26,322 nucleotides of DNA. Origin: an uncultured Janthinobacterium sp. Its GTDB lineage: Bacteria > Vulcanimicrobiota > Vulcanimicrobiia > Vulcanimicrobiales > Vulcanimicrobiaceae. The position numbers were made by a program, and so were the translations under genes. The stretch spans positions 5,648 through 31,969 of the forward strand of contig CAZZXB010000015.1 of NCBI GenBank assembly GCA_964658025.1, in the 5' to 3' direction. This document shows, piece after piece, positions 1 through 7,475 of this stretch; positions within the stretch are counted from its first letter, which is position 1, and each line of letters starts with the position of its first letter. Under the pieces are notes generated by a model. It did no database searches, was not told where the DNA came from, and saw only the letters and a program-made list of their open reading frames with translations.

Positions 1-57
1 GAGAGCGTCGACGGTACCGTCGCCATCGACGACATCTACGCGGGATCGGAGTTGTGA
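1..57 (+). CDS. Partial C-terminus of a gene entering from the left, possibly a Uma2/DUF820-family endonuclease
   Basis: Frame 1 reads ESVDGTVAIDDIYAGSEL followed by TGA TAA. This resembles the usual ending of Uma2-family proteins, but only 18 residues are visible. Confidence 0.4.
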   Translation, partial: ESVDGTVAIDDIYAGSEL

Positions 58-379
58 TAACGATTCGGATCGGCGAAGCCGCTCGGTGTGGAAGCACGTA
101 CGACCGAACGTCGGGTCAATTCCGGTGACCTCGTAGTCGTATCGGCGACCGTCTTTCGGCTAATCGCTTTCGTATTCTCGAGCGACCCGCTTCGGCGTAC
201 TGACGGACGTCTTCGATCGCCCGCGGATCCTCGGCATCATGCCCTTCGATGACCCGACGGACGGCCGCATGATCGTCGTCGGCGACGCGGCCCGACCTAC
301 GCGAGATCGCCTCGATCGATGGCGCGCGCCGCTTCGTCTTCTCGCCGCCGATCGGGAGTGCCCGAGGCGGCGTCGCGGC

Positions 380-838
380 TCACGCGGTTCGCACGCGCTC
401 CGTCGTCGACTCCGCTTCGCGTTTGAGAGCGGCGAGCATCATCGCGCTGTTCTCTTCGACTTTTTTGTGGAGCGTCGGACCGATGAGTTCGGCGAGGGTC
501 GGAACGCCGAAATCGTAGGTGACTTCGAGGCGGACGTGCGTGCCGGTCGGCGTGTCGTCGAAGGTCCACGTGCCCTCGAACGTGTCGAGATCGCCTTCGA
601 GTAAGCGGTACGTCACGCGGAGCGTATCGTCGTCGAAAAAGTCCTCTTCGATCCATTCGATCGGCGCGTCTTCGACGAGCGTTCGCCAACGGGAGACGAT
701 CCGCTCGCCGTGACGCTCGAGCACCGTGACGAGCTCGACGTCGGGCATGAATTCCGGGAAGCGTTCTTGATCTTTCGCCAACTCGTAGACGACGCGCGCG
801 GGCGCGTCCACGACGATCGTGGATTCGACGAAGGGCAT
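380..838 (-). CDS. SRPBCC/START-domain (polyketide cyclase/aromatase-like) protein, 152 aa
   Basis: N-terminus MPFVESTIVVDAPARVVYELAKDQERFPEFMPDV and motif EGDLDTFEGTWTF are typical of SRPBCC proteins. It starts 4 nt after the aminotransferase stop. Confidence 0.9.
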   Translation of the reverse strand: MPFVESTIVVDAPARVVYELAKDQERFPEFMPDVELVTVLERHGERIVSRWRTLVEDAPIEWIEEDFFDDDTLRVTYRLLEGDLDTFEGTWTFDDTPTGTHVRLEVTYDFGVPTLAELIGPTLHKKVEENSAMMLAALKREAESTTERVRTA

Positions 839-842
839 CGCG

Positions 843-2147
843 TTAGACGATCGCGCGTTCCGGCAGGGTGCCGAGGCGTTCGTGCGCGACGTGGATGCCC
901 GCGCGTAGCGCGACGAGCGCGCGTTCGATCTCGCTCGCGGTGACGACGAGCGGCGGTTCGAGACGGATCACGTTCTGCGCGTTGAGCGTCCAGGCGACCG
1001 TGACGCCGGCCTTCAGTAATTCCGGAACGATCGTGCCGCCGTAGCCTTCGCTGCGCAATTCGAGACCGACGAGCAGACCGAGACCGCGCGCCTCGCGCAC
1101 GACGCTCGGATACTCGTTCGCGATCGCGCGCGCTCCCGCGAGCAACTGCTCGCCGCGCTCGCGCGCCGCGTTCGCGAGATCGTCGTCGCGCAACACGTCG
1201 AGCGCGGCGAGGGCCGCGGCGCACGCGAGCGGGTTGCCGCCGAACGTCGACGTATGCGCGAGCGGTCGCTTCGCGTAGGCGGCCTTCCACACGTCCGGTC
1301 GTGCGACGTACGCGCCGATCGGCACGACGCCGCCGGAAAGACCCTTCGCGAGTGCGAGGACGTCGGGCACGACGCCGTCGCGATCGCACGCGAACGCGAA
1401 CCCGCAACGCCCGAGACCCGTCTGCACTTCGTCCGCGATCAATAACGCCCCGGCCGCGTCGCACGCGGCGCGCGCCCGCGCGAGATAGCCGGGCGGCGGC
1501 ACGACGACGCCGCCCTCGCCCTGCACGGGCTCCACGACGAACGCCGCGGCGCCGTGGAGCGCGGTCGCGAGCGCGTCCGCATCGCCGAACGGCACGTGCG
1601 CGACGTCGGGGATTAGCGGACCGAACGATTCCTTGTATGCGTCGCGTCCGCTCGCCGTCAGCGCGCCGAGCGTCTTGCCGTGATACGCGCCGACGGTCGC
1701 GACGATCTTCGTACGGCCCGTCGCCGCGCGCGCGAGCTTGAGCGCGCCTTCGATCGCTTCCGCGCCGCTGTTGCAGAAGAACGAAATGCCGAGATCGCCC
1801 GGCGCGATCTCGGCGAGCCGACGCGCGAGCCGACCGACAAGCGGTTCGAACATCGTCTTGCCCGAGAGCGACATGAGGTCGAGTTGGTCGCGCACCGCCG
1901 CGACGACGCGCGGGTGCGAGTGTCCGAGCGTGAACGTTCCGTAGCCGCCCGCGAAATCGAGATACGCTTTGCCGCTCGCATCCCAGATCGTCGACCCGCT
2001 CGCGCGCACGGCGACGGGCGAACCGGAGAGCTTCATCACGCGCGCGAGCGGCGGGTTCAGATACTTCGAATAATTCTCGTACGTCTCGTCATAGAGCGCG
2101 CGGGCGTCGTCCGCGCCGTAGAGCGAATCCGCTTCGTGCGACCTCAC
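843..2147 (-). CDS. Class-III PLP aminotransferase (putrescine aminotransferase PatA-like / acetylornithine aminotransferase family), 434 aa
   Basis: Motifs YLDFAGGYGTFTLGHSHP, FFCNSGAEAIEGALKLA, YHGKTLGAL, EPVQGEGG, DEVQTGLGR, LAKGLSGG (PLP Lys), HTSTFGGNPLAC and TLNAQNVIRLEPPL. GTG start. Confidence 0.93.
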   Translation of the reverse strand: MRSHEADSLYGADDARALYDETYENYSKYLNPPLARVMKLSGSPVAVRASGSTIWDASGKAYLDFAGGYGTFTLGHSHPRVVAAVRDQLDLMSLSGKTMFEPLVGRLARRLAEIAPGDLGISFFCNSGAEAIEGALKLARAATGRTKIVATVGAYHGKTLGALTASGRDAYKESFGPLIPDVAHVPFGDADALATALHGAAAFVVEPVQGEGGVVVPPPGYLARARAACDAAGALLIADEVQTGLGRCGFAFACDRDGVVPDVLALAKGLSGGVVPIGAYVARPDVWKAAYAKRPLAHTSTFGGNPLACAAALAALDVLRDDDLANAARERGEQLLAGARAIANEYPSVVREARGLGLLVGLELRSEGYGGTIVPELLKAGVTVAWTLNAQNVIRLEPPLVVTASEIERALVALRAGIHVAHERLGTLPERAIV

Positions 2148-2261
2148 GCGACGACCCCGCGATCCGTCGGCGCGCCCGTTTCGTTCGGCCTCACGCGGCG
2201 ATCCCGCGATCCGTCGGCGCGCCCATGTCGTTCGCCCTCACGCGGCGACCACGCGATGCGT
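2142..2261. repeat. Tandem repeat of a 47-bp unit, about 2.5 copies
   Basis: Units start at 2142, 2189 and 2236. Units 1 and 2 match at 42/47 positions; the third unit is partial and lies in the dusB 3' end. Confidence 0.92.
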
Positions 2262-3323
2262 GTCACGTCCGATCGTCTTCACGGGAGCGCCCGACGCGTC
2301 GACGTCGGCGAGGGGCTCCGACGGAACGCCGCCCGCGGCCTCGAGCCGCTCGATCGTCGCCTCGACGATACCGATCGTCTCCGCCGCGGTCGCCGTCCGC
2401 ATGAGTCGTTCGCGGAGTTCGCTCGCGCCGTGGAAGCCGCGCAAGTAATATCCGAGATGCTTGCGCATCTGCGGGACCGCTCGCGATTCGCCCCACTCCT
2501 CGACCATCGTCCGATAATGGTCGATCGCGAAACGCAAGCGGTCGGGCGCGCTCGGGATCGGGCGCGGCTCGCGACCTTCCATGAGATCGCGCACGCCGCG
2601 CACGAGCCACGGATTGCCGAGCACCGCGCGACCGAGCATCACGCCGTCGACGCCGCTCTCGCGCATCCGACGCAGCGTGTCGTGCGGTTCGCAGAGATCG
2701 CCGTTGCCGATCACGGGGATGCCGATGCTCGCCTTGAGGCGCGCGATGTGCGACCAGTCGGCGTGGCCCTTATAGAATTGCCTCGCCGTGCGCGCGTGCA
2801 ACGTGATCGCCCGCACGCCGACGGCCTCGGCGCGACGCGCGACGTCGAGATAGACGAGCTCGTTCTCGTTCCATCCCAGGCGCATCTTCATCGTGACGGG
2901 ACAGTCGACCGCGTTCACGACCGCGCGCATGATCCGCTCGCACCGATCGGCGTCGCGCAGGCACGCGCTCCCGCCTTCGGTTTTCGTGACCTTGGGCGCG
3001 GGGCAACCGAAATTGATGTCGACGATGTCGGCGCCGCATTCGCGCACGACGGTCGCCGCGCGCGCCATCATCTCCGGATCGTTGCCCCATAACTGCGTCG
3101 ACACGGGACGCTCCATCCCGTGCTGGTCGATCATCTCCATCGTGCGCTTCGCGCCGTGTTCGATCGCGTTGGACGAGACGAACTCCGTGACGGTGAGCCC
3201 GAAGCCGAACGGCTTGTAGAGCGCGCGGAGGGTGCGGTTGGTCACCCCCGACATCGGCGCGAAGACGATGGGCGGCCAGATCTCGTTCGTTCCGATTCGG
3301 AGCGCGGGAACGGCGTTCGGCAT
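2238..3323 (-). CDS. dusB: tRNA-dihydrouridine synthase DusB
   Basis: Motifs FAPMSGVTN, TEFVSS, DINFGCP (catalytic Cys), KMRLGW, TLHART, GNGD, GVMLGR and MRKHLGYY. Start moved to the ATG at 3323 (MPNAVPALRIG); the ATG at 3332 is an alternative. Confidence 0.93.
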   Translation of the reverse strand: MPNAVPALRIGTNEIWPPIVFAPMSGVTNRTLRALYKPFGFGLTVTEFVSSNAIEHGAKRTMEMIDQHGMERPVSTQLWGNDPEMMARAATVVRECGADIVDINFGCPAPKVTKTEGGSACLRDADRCERIMRAVVNAVDCPVTMKMRLGWNENELVYLDVARRAEAVGVRAITLHARTARQFYKGHADWSHIARLKASIGIPVIGNGDLCEPHDTLRRMRESGVDGVMLGRAVLGNPWLVRGVRDLMEGREPRPIPSAPDRLRFAIDHYRTMVEEWGESRAVPQMRKHLGYYLRGFHGASELRERLMRTATAAETIGIVEATIERLEAAGGVPSEPLADVDASGAPVKTIGRDTHRVVAA

Positions 3324-3332
3324 AACCGTCAT

Positions 3333-3341
3333 AGTATAGCA
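3333..3341 (-). promoter_or_regulatory. Extended -10 element upstream of dusB
   Basis: Minus strand reads TGcTATACT, then 9 nt, then the ATG at 3323. No Shine-Dalgarno sequence is visible. Confidence 0.6.
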
Positions 3342-3531
3342 CTTCCGCGGCCACGATGCTCGCGAAGCGGCGGCCACGCCGCGAGGCCGGGGCCGCGTGG
3401 GTCGCAAGCATCCGGATCTCGCACGACTCGCTTCGATATGCGAGCATCCTCTGCCCGGCCGCCTCCGCGCGCGCCGCCCGCGCGCACGAGCGCCCGGCTT
3501 CGCGCGTCACGCACGGGCGCGTGGAGCCCGC

Positions 3532-4314
3532 TTATCCGAGCGACCGTTCGTAGAAGATCCGTAGCCCCTCGAGTACGAGATGCGGCTCCACGGCGTCGAT
3601 CGCATGCGTGTGCTTGGCGACGACGCCCGCGAGACCGCCCGTCGCGACGACCCGCGCGTCCTCGCCGATCGCGCGCCGCATCCGGCCGACGATGCCCTCG
3701 GTCTGACCGACGAAGCCGAAGACGATCCCGGCCTGCATCGCGGAGACGGTATCGCGGCCGATCGGACCGTTCGGCGCCTCGAGCGCGACCTGCGGCAACT
3801 TCGCCGTGCGGTCGACGAGCGCGTCGATCGAGATGCGGATGCCGGGCGCGAGCGCGGTCCCGAGAAACTCGCCCTCGCGCGAGATCGCCGTGAACGTGGT
3901 CGCCGTTCCGAAACCGATCACGACGAGCGGCGCGCCGTATTTCGCCTTCGCCGCGATCGCCGCCGCGAGCATGTCGGCGCCGAGTTCCTTCGGGCGCTCC
4001 GTCGTCACGTCGATCAGCGTTTGCGTGGTGGCCTGCAAGAACATCGGTTCGCAACCGAAGTAATTTTTCGACGCGTACGCGAGTGCGAGATCGGTCTGCG
4101 GCACGACGCTCGACACGGCGACCGCGCAGACGTCTTTCGGCATCGCGTTCGCGTTGGTCATCATCATCGAGACGAGCAGCCCGAATTCGTCGGCCGTGCG
4201 ATTGCGCGCCGTCGCGACGCGCCAGTTGCGTTCGAGGACGAGCTTCCCGGATGCGTCCTCGCGATAGAATCCGAGCTTCGTGTCCGTGTTCCCGACGTCG
4301 ATCGCGAGCAGCAC
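3532..4314 (-). CDS. coaX: Type III pantothenate kinase
   Basis: Motifs LLAIDVGNT, SSVVP, LGAD, FGTATT, APGI, TAKLPQV, IGRDTVSAMQAGI, ATGGLA and LVLEGL. The real start is the GTG at 4314, 2 nt after the coaBC stop; the longer 603-aa ORF is a spurious upstream extension. Confidence 0.93.
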   Translation of the reverse strand: MLLAIDVGNTDTKLGFYREDASGKLVLERNWRVATARNRTADEFGLLVSMMMTNANAMPKDVCAVAVSSVVPQTDLALAYASKNYFGCEPMFLQATTQTLIDVTTERPKELGADMLAAAIAAKAKYGAPLVVIGFGTATTFTAISREGEFLGTALAPGIRISIDALVDRTAKLPQVALEAPNGPIGRDTVSAMQAGIVFGFVGQTEGIVGRMRRAIGEDARVVATGGLAGVVAKHTHAIDAVEPHLVLEGLRIFYERSLG

Positions 4315-4316
4315 GA

Positions 4317-5525
4317 TTAGCGCGTCGGAGCCGGAGGGGCGTTCGCGGCGCGTTCGCGTAGGAGCACGTCCCACATCCGTCGCGCGAGCTCGGGCTTCGA
4401 CGCGCGGCCGAGTTCGTCGCGCGCGCCGCCGCGATGGAGCACGACGATCTCGTTCTCGCCCGTGCCGAAGCCGCTCGCGGGCGACGACACGTCGTTGACG
4501 GCGATCGCGTCGAGCCGTTTGCGGACGAGTTTTTCGCGACCGTTCGCTTCGAGATCGTCCGTCTCGGCCGCGAACCCCACGAGGTACGTCCCGTTCTCGC
4601 ACGCGCCGAGTTCGGCGAGGATGTCGGGCGTGCGCTCGAGTTCGAGCGACTCCGCGCCGTCGTGTTTCTTGCGCTTGTGCGCGGAGGTCTCGCGCGGCGC
4701 CCAATCCGCGACGGCCGCCGCGGCGATCGCGATCTGCGCGTTCGCGGCGCGCGCCATCACGGCGTCGCGCATCTCGCGCGCCGTCACGACGCGGACCGTC
4801 CGCGCGCCGGGCGGCGGCGGCACGTCGGTCGGGCCGAGGACGAGATCGACGCTCGCACCGCGCGCGAGCGCTTCCGCGGCGAGCGCGATCCCCATCGTGC
4901 CGGTCGCGGCGTTGGAGAGGAAGCGCACGGGATCGATCGCCTCGCGCGTGGGCCCGGCCGTCACGAGCACGTGCGTTCCGTCGAGGTCGTGCGACCGCGC
5001 GCACGCGCGATCGATCGCCGCGACGATCGCGTCCTGCTCGGCGAGCCGTCCCACACCGTGTTCGCGCTCCGCGAGAAACCCGACACCCGGTTCCACGATC
5101 GTGACGCCGCGCGCGCGTAGCGTCGCGAGATGGCCCCGCGTCGCGGGATGATCGTACATCGCGGAGTTCATCGCGGGCGCGACGACGATCGGCGCGCGCG
5201 TGGCGAGCGCGACGTTCGCGAGGAGATCGTCCGAGATGCCGAGCGCGATTCGCGCGATCGTGCTCGCGGTCGCGGGCGCGACGACGAGCACGTCGGCGGC
5301 GCGCGCGAGCGCGATGTGCGCGATCGTTTCGGGTGCGTCCCACAGCGACGCCGCGACCGGCCGTCGCGTGAGCGCGGCGAAGGTGAGCGGCGCGACGAAG
5401 CGCTCCGCGCCCGCGGTCATCACGACGTCGACCGTATCGCCGCGCTGGACGAGCGCGCTGCAGAGCGCCGCCGCCTTGTAGGCGGCGATGCCGCCCGCGA
5501 CGCCGAGCACGACGTGCCGGCTCAT
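4317..5525 (-). CDS. coaBC: Bifunctional phosphopantothenoylcysteine decarboxylase / phosphopantothenate-cysteine ligase
   Basis: Motifs GVAGGIAAYK, HIALA, APATA, APAMNSAMY, TAGPTREAIDPVRFLSN, AAAVAD and GFAAET. ATGA overlap with panC. Confidence 0.95.
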   Translation of the reverse strand: MSRHVVLGVAGGIAAYKAAALCSALVQRGDTVDVVMTAGAERFVAPLTFAALTRRPVAASLWDAPETIAHIALARAADVLVVAPATASTIARIALGISDDLLANVALATRAPIVVAPAMNSAMYDHPATRGHLATLRARGVTIVEPGVGFLAEREHGVGRLAEQDAIVAAIDRACARSHDLDGTHVLVTAGPTREAIDPVRFLSNAATGTMGIALAAEALARGASVDLVLGPTDVPPPPGARTVRVVTAREMRDAVMARAANAQIAIAAAAVADWAPRETSAHKRKKHDGAESLELERTPDILAELGACENGTYLVGFAAETDDLEANGREKLVRKRLDAIAVNDVSSPASGFGTGENEIVVLHRGGARDELGRASKPELARRMWDVLLRERAANAPPAPTR

Positions 5526-6415
5526 CGCGCGGGTCGGGCGACCGCGGACGAGCGTGCGGGCGTCACGACGGGATCGAGACCCTCCGCGCTCGCGACCGTT
5601 TCGTTATCGAGTAAGCGCACCGCGCCCGCGCGCACCACGCCGACGACGATCGCCGGTCGCTCGATCCGTTCCCAGGGTCGGAACGTCGCGGGATCGACGA
5701 CCGCGAGATACTCCCACGCGAGCGGCGCTTCGAGGAGCGAGGCGCCCGCGTCGCGCGCTAGCCGCGGATCGCGCTCGCCCGCGCGCACCGCATCGGCGAC
5801 GGCGACGAGAGCGCGATGGAAGCTCGGCGCCGCGCGCCGTTCGGCGGGGGCGAGATAGGCGTTGCGACTCGAGAGCGCGAGTCCGTCGGGCTCGCGCACG
5901 GTCGCGACGACGACGACGTTCGTCGCGAAATCGAGATCGCGGACCATCGCGCGCAGCACCGCCGTCTGCTGGACGTCCTTCTGTCCGAGATAGAGCGACG
6001 TCGGCTCGATCGCGTGCAAGAGTTTCGCGACGACCGTCGCGACGCCGTCGAAGTGTCCGGGCCGACTCGCGCCCTCGAAACCCTCCGCGAGCGGTCCCAC
6101 GTCGACGCTCGTGGCGAACCCCGGCGGATACATGCGCTCCACGCCCGGCGCGTAGAGCAGATCGACGCCCTGTTCCGCGAACGAGGACGCGTCGTGCTCG
6201 AACGCGCGCGGATAGCGATCGAAATCTTCGTTCGGTCCGAACTGCAACGGATTGACGAAAATCGACGTGACGACGGACGCATTTTCCGCGCGCGCGCGTT
6301 CGACGAGCGCGGCGTGTCCCGCGTGCAGCGCGCCCATCGTCGGAACGAAGCCGAGCGGTCGCGGAAGCGTGCGCGCGACCGCGCGCGCGGAACCCGGCGT
6401 CCGAACGATCTGCAT
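5522..6415 (-). CDS. panC: Pantoate-beta-alanine ligase (pantothenate synthetase)
   Basis: Motifs FVPTMGALHAGH, FVNPLQF, SRPGHFDGV, GQKD.QQ, REPDGLALSSRN and RLLDN. Confidence 0.96.
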   Translation of the reverse strand: MQIVRTPGSARAVARTLPRPLGFVPTMGALHAGHAALVERARAENASVVTSIFVNPLQFGPNEDFDRYPRAFEHDASSFAEQGVDLLYAPGVERMYPPGFATSVDVGPLAEGFEGASRPGHFDGVATVVAKLLHAIEPTSLYLGQKDVQQTAVLRAMVRDLDFATNVVVVATVREPDGLALSSRNAYLAPAERRAAPSFHRALVAVADAVRAGERDPRLARDAGASLLEAPLAWEYLAVVDPATFRPWERIERPAIVVGVVRAGAVRLLDNETVASAEGLDPVVTPARSSAVARPAR

Positions 6416-6424
6416 CGCGCGAGA

Positions 6425-6715
6425 TCAGCCCTTGACGACGCGCAAGAGCGTGCGCCCGACGATGAAACGTTCGCCCGGAACGAGTGCGGTCTCCGTCACG
6501 ATTCGGTCCGCGACACGCGTGCCGTTGCGGCTTTCCAGGTCGGCGAGCACGAGCGCCTCGCCGTCTTCGCGGACGCGGGCGTGGCGACGCGAGATATAAC
6601 GGTCGAAAGTAATACAGGCCCCGGCGACGGCGTCGTCGCGGCCGATCGTGATCTCTCGGTCGAACGACCACGTCTTGCCGTCGAGCGGCCCGTTCAACAC
6701 CTCGAGGATGTACAT
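6425..6715 (-). CDS. Stand-alone FHA-domain protein, 96 aa
   Basis: FHA signature residues IGR, ISRRHA and DLESRNGT. It ends 9 nt before the panC start. Confidence 0.9.
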   Translation of the reverse strand: MYILEVLNGPLDGKTWSFDREITIGRDDAVAGACITFDRYISRRHARVREDGEALVLADLESRNGTRVADRIVTETALVPGERFIVGRTLLRVVKG

Positions 6716-6803
6716 GACCTATCCGAATTTAGCCCCAGGACGCGGAACTTCCCCGGTGAATCCTGCAAGGCACCTAGCGTACTCGGAAGCGAAAACAAGG
6801 GGC

Positions 6804-7040
6804 ATGGCCATCGGGACCGATCCAGGCGATCACGGCTCTCTCGACGATCTCCTCAATTTGTTGGAGGTGGATCCCGACGCATTGCGCGAGGCGGAGTTCG
6901 AGCAGACGCAATCCATCCTCGACACGCTCATCGGAAAGACCATCAAGAGCGCCTCGATCGAGGACACGCGCATCGTCGTCGAGACCGAAGGCGGGAATCG
7001 TTACTTCTTCTTCGGCTTCATGGGAAGCGGACGCCGCTAG
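6804..7040 (+). CDS. Small acidic hypothetical protein, 78 aa
   Basis: ATG at 6804 after AAGGGG. Composition looks like a real protein (SLDDLLNLLEVD...LIGKTIKSASIEDTRIVVETEGGNRYFFFGF) and it fills an otherwise empty gap. Confidence 0.75.
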   Translation: MAIGTDPGDHGSLDDLLNLLEVDPDALREAEFEQTQSILDTLIGKTIKSASIEDTRIVVETEGGNRYFFFGFMGSGRR

Positions 7041-7435
7041 ACTTCGGCGTCGTCCTCGAGCGCGATCCGATGGATCTCGGTCGCGACGTGGCGGATGATG
7101 TCTTCCTGGTCGCGCGGATCGATCTGCGTGAACGCGATCCCGTGGAAGAAGCGCTGATCTTCGGCGTTGTAGAACGACAGGACGATGCGACCGCGGGCTA
7201 CGATCTCGCGATCGACCGACGGGATGCGAAAACGGAGTAAGAGGACGGCTCCGAGCGGCAGATCCTCGTCGGTGGCCAGACGGATTCCGCCGCCGCCGAG
7301 ATCGCTCGACTCGCCGTTCTTCGGGGTATCGGCGCCGTCTCTGGTATAGCTGACGGTCGACGCGACGGCGACCCGCACGTAGCGACGGCGGTAGACGTTG
7401 TCGCCTTCTTTGACAGATTCACCCGGCTCGCTCAA
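7037..7435 (-). CDS. Single-domain PilZ (c-di-GMP-binding) protein, about 132 aa
   Basis: RRRYVR (RxxxR) and DLGGGG (variant of D/N-x-S-x-x-G), followed by ARGRIV and GIAFTQI. TTG start at 7435 after GAAGGGGG. Its stop overlaps the convergent gene at CTAG. Confidence 0.85.
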   Translation of the reverse strand: MSEPGESVKEGDNVYRRRYVRVAVASTVSYTRDGADTPKNGESSDLGGGGIRLATDEDLPLGAVLLLRFRIPSVDREIVARGRIVLSFYNAEDQRFFHGIAFTQIDPRDQEDIIRHVATEIHRIALEDDAEV

Positions 7436-7475
7436 GAACGCCCCCTTCTGATCATCGCCGCAAAGGCTTCTGCGG

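Noticed and set aside
58..379. Possible gene or remnant between the left-edge gene and the SRPBCC gene
   Set aside because: The open minus-strand frame has no start codon after the SRPBCC stop. The 28-aa GTG-coupled ORF at 297-383 and the plus-strand ORF at 239-604 show no recognisable features.
2142..2261. The 47-bp repeat as a CRISPR array
   Set aside because: The units are contiguous with no unique spacers, and there are no cas genes in the window.
3397..3408. Exact 12-mer GTGGGTCGCAAG shared with 15361-15372, about 70 nt upstream of dusB and TBDR 1
   Set aside because: It is not palindromic, does not fit -35/-10 spacing, and links unrelated genes. One such GC-rich match is plausible by chance.
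3532..5343. A 603-aa fusion protein ending in CoaX
   Set aside because: The N-terminal 343 codons are an alternate frame of coaBC. The real coaX start is the GTG at 4314.
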